IMG/VR virus record: IMGVR_UViG_3300049571_000582
Location: 1-64,000 of that record
Origin: a virus
Direction: 5' to 3' (one strand)
Length of the DNA: 64,000 nucleotides
The notes under the pieces were generated by a model. The model saw nothing but the letters and a program-made list of their open reading frames with translations. It did no database searches and was not told where the DNA came from. The translations under genes were made by a program, and so were the position numbers. Of the stretch, positions 56,408 through 64,000 are shown piece by piece. Each line of letters begins with the position of its first letter. Positions within the stretch are counted from its first letter, which is position 1.

Positions 56408-57612
56408 TGGCAATCACAGGACAAGGCCTTAGGTTCGCGCCGCTGTTTTGGATCTTTCACGACCAGTGGAAATACTTCGATCCCGGCCCCAATGGCAACG
56501 CGATCCACAACCACCGCGGACATCTCCACTTCTTCATGCCCAGCTTCAGCCCCACCGCTCCAACCCAGGATGCGTTTTCGGGGCAGCAGAACTACAAATT
56601 CGACATCAAGGACATCTGGGGTCCCCGATCGGGAGATCCCAACCAGTCGTTCCAGTACACGGTTGTCGGCAAGCCCAAGTGGTTCTTCCACATCACCGAA
56701 CTGTGGCGGCGCGTCTTCATTCAGCCGTGGGACGCAGGTCCGGGCGACAAGCCGGCCTGGTCCCGCACCGGGGTCAAATACGACGCCTCGCCCGCCGACA
56801 AGACGATGGGTCCATTTCGCGAGGGCGTCAGCGGTCTGACCACCTATGCCCCCGTGTATATCGAGGGTGCGAGGAGCCTGCCTGTCGACTACTTCACCTC
56901 CTCCGCCCTCTCGCAGGCGGCCCGGGGCAATGCGGTGGCCCAGCGCGCAAAGGCGATTCTGGGAAGCCGCTACGTTGATGAAAAGTACAACCTGCAGCAC
57001 AGCAACCTTGTGGCCAACGATTCGCCGCCGGGGGCCCCGGCATTCTCCGACAACTTGTACATCTTCCCCGTCCTGGAATACCAGAAGGTGATCCAGCTCA
57101 ATTGGGAGCCGATGCCAGGCTCTCCTCCGGATGTGGCAAGCCTCGACGATGCCGACGAAACCTACGGCGACGGCTGGTCATTCGAAGTCCCCATCCCCTT
57201 TATCAATCCTCTCACCGGCATCTACCGCAGCCCATTTGCACTGCAGACCGGCGTCGTTCTGCCCTTTGGCGAGTACAACGATCTCACCCTGCCTGGCGAT
57301 CGAAAGCTCATCCCCGACGAGCACAAGTTGCGCTATCGGTCGACTCCCTATTCGCTGCAGCATGCACCGGATCCGGCGCTGGATCTGCCGCCTGAGAAAC
57401 TCGGCCAGCTCATTGAGCAGTGGCACAACCCCTGGGGCGACGCCGCCGGCGGGAAGATCGTGCAGCAGTGTCTCGGCGGCGTGATCAATGCCCGGGCAAA
57501 GGTCATCGCGCAGCACAAGCTCGGCGGCCGGGTCTCCTTTGACGTGACGGCCTCGCAGTTTCTCCCGACGACCGATTTTGCCGGCACCGACCAGGACGGA
57601 GCCCCGTCGTGA
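56407..57612 (+). CDS. Hypothetical protein, probably virion-associated (401 aa)
   Basis: TAATG coupling; Pro/aromatic-rich like the upstream structural genes. Confidence 0.7.
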   Translation: MAITGQGLRFAPLFWIFHDQWKYFDPGPNGNAIHNHRGHLHFFMPSFSPTAPTQDAFSGQQNYKFDIKDIWGPRSGDPNQSFQYTVVGKPKWFFHITELWRRVFIQPWDAGPGDKPAWSRTGVKYDASPADKTMGPFREGVSGLTTYAPVYIEGARSLPVDYFTSSALSQAARGNAVAQRAKAILGSRYVDEKYNLQHSNLVANDSPPGAPAFSDNLYIFPVLEYQKVIQLNWEPMPGSPPDVASLDDADETYGDGWSFEVPIPFINPLTGIYRSPFALQTGVVLPFGEYNDLTLPGDRKLIPDEHKLRYRSTPYSLQHAPDPALDLPPEKLGQLIEQWHNPWGDAAGGKIVQQCLGGVINARAKVIAQHKLGGRVSFDVTASQFLPTTDFAGTDQDGAPS

Positions 57613-58238
57613 TAGCACCACCGGCATGGATGGAATCCCGCGGCCGCGGTGCAAAGGTGATGATCCTAGACACAGGCGTCAGCGCAGAGGTGTTCCCATT
57701 CGAGGCAAGAAAGTTCGTATCCTCCTCCGTCGCTTGCGATCACGGCACCCGGGTCTTCAAGGTCATCGCCGGTGATGATGGGATCTCTCCGGCGTGCGAG
57801 GCCTATGTCGCCGAGGTGGTGGGCACCGGAACATGGGGGGCCGTCGCCGGCGCTTTGAGGTGGGCCGTGGATCTGGGCGTCGACGTCGTGAACATGAGCT
57901 TCGCGTGCCCCGCCTCGGACGCGGATGCCGACAAGTTGCTCGACCAGCTCAACCATCGAGGTGTCCTGCTGGTCGCTGCCTACAACCGGTGGCTTCACTG
58001 GCCCCACGCCCACGAAGCAGTCATCGCCGTCGGCCCTGAGGGGGAGACACGCTGCGATCTGGAGGCACCAAAAGAATACCCCGTGGAGATCTCGGGCAAA
58101 TCCGAGCTCTTCACGGGGTCGTCCGCATCCGCTGCGGTGGTGTCGGGGATCGCGGCGTGCGCCAAGGCGACAGATCGGTCAATCAATCGCCTGCGGTTCC
58201 TCCGCGACCTCCGAGGTCGTCAGGACTTGAGGCGGTAA
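57609..58238 (+). CDS. Minimal S8 (subtilisin-like) serine peptidase
   Basis: Triad motifs VMILDTGV (D), DHGT (H) and TGSSASAAVVSG (S); VDVVNMSF. The start is uncertain. Confidence 0.85.
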   Translation: MIAPPAWMESRGRGAKVMILDTGVSAEVFPFEARKFVSSSVACDHGTRVFKVIAGDDGISPACEAYVAEVVGTGTWGAVAGALRWAVDLGVDVVNMSFACPASDADADKLLDQLNHRGVLLVAAYNRWLHWPHAHEAVIAVGPEGETRCDLEAPKEYPVEISGKSELFTGSSASAAVVSGIAACAKATDRSINRLRFLRDLRGRQDLRR

Positions 58239-58462
58239 CCCGTCGCCGTCGGGCGGAAGCGGCGGATCGAGACGCGGGTCTTGGGTACGTGGCCGTTGCG
58301 GCTGGACTTGGAGTTGGTGCCTGTGAGCACCGTGCACTGGGCGTACTGGCCGTCGTCGGAGATGCTGTCGATGCGAAGCGTGCGGCCCTTCGCACGCTTG
58401 TCGCAATCCTCCCAGACCTGACCGACTTTGACTTTGGGCATTTCCTTCATCGGGTTCTCCAT
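58220..58462 (-). CDS. Small basic hypothetical protein (SH3-like KVGQVWED)
   Basis: 80 aa; last gene of the minus-strand block; overlaps the end of the S8 gene by 19 nt. Confidence 0.65.
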   Translation of the reverse strand: MENPMKEMPKVKVGQVWEDCDKRAKGRTLRIDSISDDGQYAQCTVLTGTNSKSSRNGHVPKTRVSIRRFRPTATGYRLKS

Positions 58463-58465
58463 GTT

Positions 58466-58810
58466 TCAGGCGGGCACATGCTCCCGCAGGTCATCATCTT
58501 CGCCTTCGTCGTCATCCTCGTCATCGCCCTCTTCGCTGCCGATGTTGGACGCCTGGACTTCGAGGATGTCCTTGTTGGCGTCGAGCATCATGGTGGCCCA
58601 CTCGCTCCCCATCTTGGCGAGGGATTCGAGCGTCGCGACGACCAGCTTGGCAGAATCCTCAGCCGTGATCGACATGTGCTCGAGCGAGCCCTCCTGGGCA
58701 AGGGCGACGATCACCATGGGGATCTGGACGTAGGCCTGTGTCGGCATCACGACGCCGGTCATCTGCCCCGGATCTGCCCCCATGAACGTCTTGTATGGTG
58801 CAGTCAGCAT
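58466..58810 (-). CDS. Hypothetical protein with an acidic C-terminus (114 aa)
   Basis: ATG at 58810 after a GGAG SD, just downstream of the thyA stop. Confidence 0.65.
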   Translation of the reverse strand: MLTAPYKTFMGADPGQMTGVVMPTQAYVQIPMVIVALAQEGSLEHMSITAEDSAKLVVATLESLAKMGSEWATMMLDANKDILEVQASNIGSEEGDDEDDDEGEDDDLREHVPA

Positions 58811-58829
58811 GGCTGCGGTTACTCCGAAG

Positions 58830-59792
58830 TTAGACGGCCACCTTGAACTTGATCGCCGGGTGCGGGTTGTAGCCTTCGAGCTTGAAGTCCTCGAACACCA
58901 ACTCGTTGAAGGGCTTCTTGGCGATCGTGAGCTTGGGCAGGGGCCGGAACTCGCGGGTGAGCTGCTCCTGCAGCCCGGGCACGTGATCGAACTCGGCTCC
59001 CGACCCGTCCGCCTTGGCGGTGTAGATGTGGGCGTCAATGATGGTGTGGGCGAACTCGCCAACCTCCATCCCGACTTCCTGGGCGATCATCTGGGTGAGG
59101 GTCGCGTAGCTGGCCAGGTTGAAGGGGATGCCCAGGGCGATGTCACCGGACCGCTGGGTGAGGTGGCAGTTGAGTTTGCTGACCCCGGCCGCGGCATTAT
59201 CGACGTAGCAATCGCAGTCTCCACAGAATCCTGCGCCATGACGAACTGCAAGGGGGGCACGGCAATGAGGGCACACTTCCGTGGGCGTCACGTTGAAGGC
59301 AAATGTGTAGTGGCACGGAGGCAGCTTCGACTTCGTCGCGTTGCCCGGCTCCCACGCCGAGACGACCAGCCGGCGGCTCATGGGGTTGCGTTTGAGCTCG
59401 TCGATGACGAACTGGATCTGGTCGACACTCTGGTTGCTGGCGTTGGTAAAACTCGACTCCTCGTAGGTGTCCATGCGGCCGCAGGGGCTGGGGAAGTTCC
59501 TCCAGTAGTGGCCGTAAGCCGTCTCCAGGTTCCCAGCCGCGTCTGCCCAGTCGTTCCAGATCTTCGACTTCTCGCGGAAATTCCGGATATGGTTCTCGCC
59601 GGAGAGGAACCACAAAAGCTCGTGCAGGCACGCGTCGAAGTTGACCTTCTTCGTGGTCAGCAGGGGGAATCCCTCCGCCAGGTCCACCTTGTAGAAGGCC
59701 CCGAAGTAGCTGATGGTGTCGACGCCGGTGCGGGAGGGCTTGCGGACGCCCTTGTCGATGACGAGCTTAATGAGATCGTGATATTGCTTCAC
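58830..59792 (-). CDS. thyA: Thymidylate synthase with a Zn-ribbon-like insertion
   Basis: RTGVDT; FPLLTTKK; ELLWFLSG; SRRLVVSAW; LPPCH; QRSGD; GIPFN; DAHIY; terminal VAV. Confidence 0.97.
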   Translation of the reverse strand: MKQYHDLIKLVIDKGVRKPSRTGVDTISYFGAFYKVDLAEGFPLLTTKKVNFDACLHELLWFLSGENHIRNFREKSKIWNDWADAAGNLETAYGHYWRNFPSPCGRMDTYEESSFTNASNQSVDQIQFVIDELKRNPMSRRLVVSAWEPGNATKSKLPPCHYTFAFNVTPTEVCPHCRAPLAVRHGAGFCGDCDCYVDNAAAGVSKLNCHLTQRSGDIALGIPFNLASYATLTQMIAQEVGMEVGEFAHTIIDAHIYTAKADGSGAEFDHVPGLQEQLTREFRPLPKLTIAKKPFNELVFEDFKLEGYNPHPAIKFKVAV

Positions 59793-59977
59793 GTGGATTT
59801 CCTTTTGTATTTGTTCCGTGCCCTGCTGCGGTCGACGCGGATCACGTCGGCGACCACATAGGCCAGCAGGGCCCTTTGTTCTCTGCTCAAGAAGTCGTGG
59901 CGTGTGTGCTCAACGAATTTCTCGCACACTCGCTGACCCATCTTGAACGCATTGGGCAGACGCTTCAGCTTCGGCAC
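59789..59977 (-). CDS. Small hypothetical protein (62 aa)
   Basis: AAGGAGG SD before GTG; stop overlaps the thyA start. Confidence 0.65.
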   Translation of the reverse strand: MPKLKRLPNAFKMGQRVCEKFVEHTRHDFLSREQRALLAYVVADVIRVDRSRARNKYKRKST

Positions 59978-59986
59978 AAGGCCTCC

Positions 59987-60988
59987 TTATTCGGTCCGCT
60001 CATTCTCCGCGGCCACCACATCGGCCATCTCGCCAATGGGCTCACCGCTCGATTCTTCGGGGGTGCTGGCCGGGGCCTCCGCGGCAGCCTCGCCGCCATC
60101 GGTGGCCGACGTGGCCGGCTCATCGAAGTTCACTGGCGCGGACTCGGTGTCGCTGGGCGATTCGCTGGAGGTCTCCATGGCATCGCCCATGGCCTTGGCG
60201 ACTTCGCTGGCGAAGGTGTCGGCGACGGGCGTGGACACTTCGCCCGGGGCCTTGGCCAGAGCGCCCGCGAGGCGACGGCAGATGTTCATGGCCTTGGTCT
60301 CGTCGGCTTCGCTGGCGTTGAAGGTGAAGAAGGCCGAGGGGCGAAGGGTGAGGGTGATGGGCTTGGAGAGCTGCTGGCCGCTGTACTTGACGCGGACCGT
60401 GGCGAGGCGTTCGCGGTGCTCCTGGATGAAGGACATCGCGTTGGCCGCCGGCAGTTCCTTGGGAAACTTCACGGTGTAGCCGCCCTTGATCTGGTCGTCG
60501 GTGGCGTCGACGTAGCTGTTGACCTTGGCCGACACGAGCGTGAGGCTCTTGGTCTCGGGGTGGTCGCGCAGCTTGATGACCGACTCGTAGACATCCATCG
60601 GGATGAACCGCACCGTCGGGGCGTCGTCGGAGAATTCCAGAACGCCCAGGAGCTCGGCAACCTTGTCGAGGCTCTTGACCGAGCCGGTGAAGACTTCCAG
60701 CACGCCCACCTTGTCGGTCGGCGAGAATTCCCGCAGCATCGCTTCAAAAAGCTGCGTCTTGGGGAGCTGCTTGGTCTCCAGGCCGCCCTTGACCGTCTCG
60801 ATCTGCGGCACCTTGATGGTCTGGGTGGTGTAGGAGGTGAACTGCAGCTTGCCCTCGATGATGTCGTGGACGACCTGCACACCATATTCCTTGTCGGAGG
60901 GGCGGCCGAGCTGGTCGAGGGCGACCTTGGCGACCATGAGCGAGGGAGCTCGGTCGACCAAACCAATGTTGATTTTGAACGAAGTCAT
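59987..60988 (-). CDS. Hypothetical protein with an acidic disordered C-terminus (333 aa)
   Basis: ATG 60988 after GGAGAG; strong codon bias. Confidence 0.75.
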   Translation of the reverse strand: MTSFKINIGLVDRAPSLMVAKVALDQLGRPSDKEYGVQVVHDIIEGKLQFTSYTTQTIKVPQIETVKGGLETKQLPKTQLFEAMLREFSPTDKVGVLEVFTGSVKSLDKVAELLGVLEFSDDAPTVRFIPMDVYESVIKLRDHPETKSLTLVSAKVNSYVDATDDQIKGGYTVKFPKELPAANAMSFIQEHRERLATVRVKYSGQQLSKPITLTLRPSAFFTFNASEADETKAMNICRRLAGALAKAPGEVSTPVADTFASEVAKAMGDAMETSSESPSDTESAPVNFDEPATSATDGGEAAAEAPASTPEESSGEPIGEMADVVAAENERTE

Positions 60989-61013
60989 TGTGCTCTCCAG
61001 AGGAAAAAACGAA

Positions 61014-61500
61014 CTACCACACCAGCGACTCTGCCGGCATGATGGAATCAAAACCTTCTTGAATCGTGGGGGGTTCCCACATCTCTTGGTGGCGATGAGC
61101 GGCCCGCACCCAGTGCTCCAAGTTCAGCCCGCGGGAATCCCGCTGAGTGTCGCCGCCGGGCGTGGACCTCTGGGCCATCATTGGGAAACAGGACGCCATG
61201 CACTGATGCATCGAGAGACTTGGCCGAGGCGATGAATCGAGCTCGCGCCAGCCGCCCCATGTTCGGGCGGTCGACGACGACATCCCGACCCAGCGACAAG
61301 GCGGAGTTGAGCATGCTCATCTCGATCGACTTGTAGAGGTGCTTCAGCGACTTGGAGTAGCGGCCATAGAGCCCGCCGTGACACATGGCCACAATCGCAT
61401 CATCGTTAATGACGATGGAGCCGGCGGCCGCCGCCTCTCTTGCCTTGGTGGACTTTCCCGAACAGATGGGGCCGATGAAAATGAAAACTTGTGGTGTCAT
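61014..61500 (-). pseudogene. AAA_33/polynucleotide kinase-like P-loop protein interrupted by a 1-nt frameshift
   Basis: Walker A GPICSGKST and DVVVDRPN...RARF are in one frame; the family-typical ending EPPTIQEGFD is in another; the break is at a G3 run (plus-strand 61139-61141). Confidence 0.75.
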
Positions 61501-61535
61501 CGCCTCAAAGATCGGGCAAACCACGAAGTTTGTTT

Positions 61536-61850
61536 TTAGTCGGGCAGGCGAGTGTCGATATTGATAGCCGCCGTCCGCCGTACGTCCTCGGCGACCTTGA
61601 GCGCCTTGGCGAGCCCGTCGTGCTCGAGCCGGCCATCGGCCTTGATGGCGGAGATGTAGGAGTCGAGCCCGTTGAGGGCGAACTCGTCTTTCATGTTGAG
61701 GACAAAGAACAGGTCATTGACCGACTTGCCCGCCGTGCGCCTGGCTTCCTGGATCGTCTTGAGGATGTCCAGCAGCTGGGCCTTCTGGGCTTGATTGAGA
61801 TACATCTTCGCGTCTTCGTTCTTGAAGATGACGTATTTGTTCTGGGCCAC
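61536..61850 (-). CDS. Hypothetical protein (104 aa)
   Basis: GTG start after an AGAGGAGGGGG SD. Confidence 0.75.
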   Translation of the reverse strand: MAQNKYVIFKNEDAKMYLNQAQKAQLLDILKTIQEARRTAGKSVNDLFFVLNMKDEFALNGLDSYISAIKADGRLEHDGLAKALKVAEDVRRTAAINIDTRLPD

Positions 61851-61867
61851 TGCCCCCTCCTCTGAAA

Positions 61868-64000
61868 TCAGGCCGCCAGTTTCATGACGGTGTTGGTGAG
61901 ACGTTCCATTAGGTACGTGTTACGCTTTGAGACCTGGTTGTTGCGGACAGCCATGGAAACGGCCTGCGGGTGGGCGACGAGAATCACGAGCTTGCGGCTT
62001 CTCGTCACGCCGGTGTAGAGCATGTTCCGCTGGAGCATTTTGAAGTGCCCAGTGTGCAAGCACATGATCACAACCGGGTATTCAGACCCCTGGCTCTTGT
62101 GGACGGTGCAGGCATACGCCAGCATCAAATCGTTCCAGTCGACACGCTCCAACTCTTTGTCCTGGCCGTCGAAGGAGCCAATCAGCTTGACGACCTCGGC
62201 CTCGGCGTTGCGTTCGAATCGCACGATTCGCCCCTGATCGCCGTTGCACAGGCCCGTTTCCCGGTTGTTGCGGGTGTTCATCATCCGGTCGCCGGACCCC
62301 CACCGCGTGCCGAAACGATCAATGCTGTCTTCTGGATTGGGGTTGATGACGTCCTGCACCTGCTTGTTCAGATTCTCCACACCAGCAGCGCCCTTTTTCA
62401 TGGGCGAGAGAACCTGAACATCCTCAGCGGGGTTGAAGCCAAACGCAGGCACGAGCTTCGACACGCACCACCGCACGATGGCGGCCTGCTTTTCCTGGTC
62501 GTCGCACTCGATGAGCATCATGTCGGTCTTGGGCCAGCCCCGGGCCTTGATGATTTCCCGGCTGACCTTCTGGATCTGCGGCGTCACGCCGTTGTTGATG
62601 TCGTGGGCATGGCGGACAATGTCGGACCCCACCGCCTGACGCTGGGGCTTGGTGAGTTTGGTGGCGGCGATTTTCGGGCACCCGAGGAGGTCCCGGAGAA
62701 CCGACCCGGGGCCGACCGACGGGAGCTGGTCGGCGTCTCCAACGAAGATAACGATGCAGCTGGGGTGGACGTAGCTTAGGAGCCATGCAAGAACCTCGAT
62801 GTCGACCATCGACACTTCGTCGATGATCAGCACGCCACGCATCAGCACGTCTTCGATCGCCGCTCCATCCTTGATCATTTTGGAGAGACTGTGAAGCCGG
62901 CGGTGGATCGTCTCGGCGTACCTGCCGATCACCTCGCTCATTCGCTTGGCCGCACGGCCGGTGGGGGCCAGCATGTTGATCATGAGGCCGGCCCGTTCGT
63001 AGCCGGCGACGAGGGCGCGAGTGATGGTGGTCTTGCCGGTGCCGGGGCCGCCGGTGAGAACCGCCAGCTTGCTTCGAAGCGTGCGATCGATGGCCTCGAT
63101 CTGCACAGGATCCAGTGTCAGGCCGGTGGAGGAGGAGGCACCTTCGATGATTGCATCGAGGTCATCGCCGGCAAGTTCCGGTGGCATGGGCTGGGAAAGA
63201 ATCGCGAGCAGCTTTTCTGCAGCCTTGGTCTCGCAGTTAAAGATCTTCGGGTCGTAGATCCGGCCTGAATCGTCGATCACGATACCCCGCTCCGCCGCAT
63301 CGCTGACGGCCGCGTCGACATCTTCGACAGTTATCTGGCGATGATTCAGGAGCTCGTGGGTGACGCGGATCAGGTCTTGGCGGTACAGGAAACACTCGCC
63401 CGGACCTGAGGACGCTTCCTGGAGCACGAACAGGGCACACGCCCGGACGCGGCGAATGTCCGTCTCAGCAAGGCCCAGGTGGATGGCGATTTCGTCAGCC
63501 TTCTTGAAGCCGATCCCCTTGATGTCGCGGCACAGGCAGTAGGGGTCTTCCGATACCTTTTGCTCCGCCTGGTCGCCATATTCCCGCAGGATTCGGGACA
63601 CAAAGGTGCCGGTGATGCCGGCGCGGGTAGCGAACTGAAGAAACTTCCGCTCCGCCCGCTTCTCGTCCCACGCCTTCTTAATACCCTCCGCACGCACCTT
63701 GTCGATGCCGGGAACGTCGTAGAGTCGGTCGAGGTCGTCGTCGAGGATCTTGAACGTGTCCATACCGAACGTGTCGACGATGGCACGTGCGGTCTTGGGG
63801 CCAACGCTGTAAACGTTGTGCGTGAGGTACTTGAGAATCTCGGTGACGGTCTGAGGCTCAAGGACACTGACGTCGGTGACCTGGAGCTGCGGTCCATACT
63901 TCGATCGAGTGATCTCACCAGAGACTGATACTCGCTGACCCACCGCCAGGGACGCGATCCCGCCAACGATCGTGACCCGTCCCCGGTCGTCCTTGTAGGG
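61868..64000 (-). CDS. recD2: RecD2/TraA-family SF1B DNA helicase (5' end beyond the window)
   Basis: HhH repeats (VGPKTA, GIGFKKAD); TGGPGTGKTT; APTGRAAKRM; IIDEVSM; VGDADQLPSVGPG; YACTVHKSQGSE; LYTGVTR. The frame is open to the window edge. Confidence 0.95.
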   Translation of the reverse strand, partial: PYKDDRGRVTIVGGIASLAVGQRVSVSGEITRSKYGPQLQVTDVSVLEPQTVTEILKYLTHNVYSVGPKTARAIVDTFGMDTFKILDDDLDRLYDVPGIDKVRAEGIKKAWDEKRAERKFLQFATRAGITGTFVSRILREYGDQAEQKVSEDPYCLCRDIKGIGFKKADEIAIHLGLAETDIRRVRACALFVLQEASSGPGECFLYRQDLIRVTHELLNHRQITVEDVDAAVSDAAERGIVIDDSGRIYDPKIFNCETKAAEKLLAILSQPMPPELAGDDLDAIIEGASSSTGLTLDPVQIEAIDRTLRSKLAVLTGGPGTGKTTITRALVAGYERAGLMINMLAPTGRAAKRMSEVIGRYAETIHRRLHSLSKMIKDGAAIEDVLMRGVLIIDEVSMVDIEVLAWLLSYVHPSCIVIFVGDADQLPSVGPGSVLRDLLGCPKIAATKLTKPQRQAVGSDIVRHAHDINNGVTPQIQKVSREIIKARGWPKTDMMLIECDDQEKQAAIVRWCVSKLVPAFGFNPAEDVQVLSPMKKGAAGVENLNKQVQDVINPNPEDSIDRFGTRWGSGDRMMNTRNNRETGLCNGDQGRIVRFERNAEAEVVKLIGSFDGQDKELERVDWNDLMLAYACTVHKSQGSEYPVVIMCLHTGHFKMLQRNMLYTGVTRSRKLVILVAHPQAVSMAVRNNQVSKRNTYLMERLTNTVMKLAA

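Noticed and set aside
1-64000. Genome-wide stop-codon reassignment, tRNA or rRNA genes
   Set aside because: Coding density is high under the standard code, with TAA, TGA and TAG all ending genes. No tRNA or rRNA-like sequence was recognised by eye.

Overview
A GC-rich window from a large tailed dsDNA phage or prophage, probably siphovirus-like because no tail sheath gene is visible. The host is inferred, not shown, to be a Planctomycete or PVC-type bacterium, based on the integrase N-terminus. The + strand (1-58238) begins with an atypical tyrosine recombinase and then carries a ~57 kb morphogenesis/late block. That block comprises a head protease, scaffold, decoration protein and major capsid protein; a fibre cluster; neck and tail-tube genes; a paralogous chaperone pair; a 3316-aa tape measure protein; hub and spike candidates; a patatin phospholipase; three very large putative virion proteins (2729, 996 and 1614 aa); a GAF-domain holin-like gene; an Endo VII HNH nuclease; and a minimal S8 protease. 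The - strand (58220-64000) carries DNA-metabolism genes: thyA with a Zn-ribbon insertion, a frameshifted AAA kinase and RecD2. The main non-obvious signal is a bipartite motif, (C/T)GAA-N18/19-TAS(C/T)AT(CT), found 9 times on the + strand ahead of late gene blocks; it is a candidate phage-specific late promoter class. Also notable are an apparent ATC start codon, a metallopeptidase-bearing second half of the tape measure, a CUB-like domain in a virion protein, and lipase/protease/holin-like genes with no recognisable endolysin in view. All product calls come from motif recognition by eye; no database searches were run.
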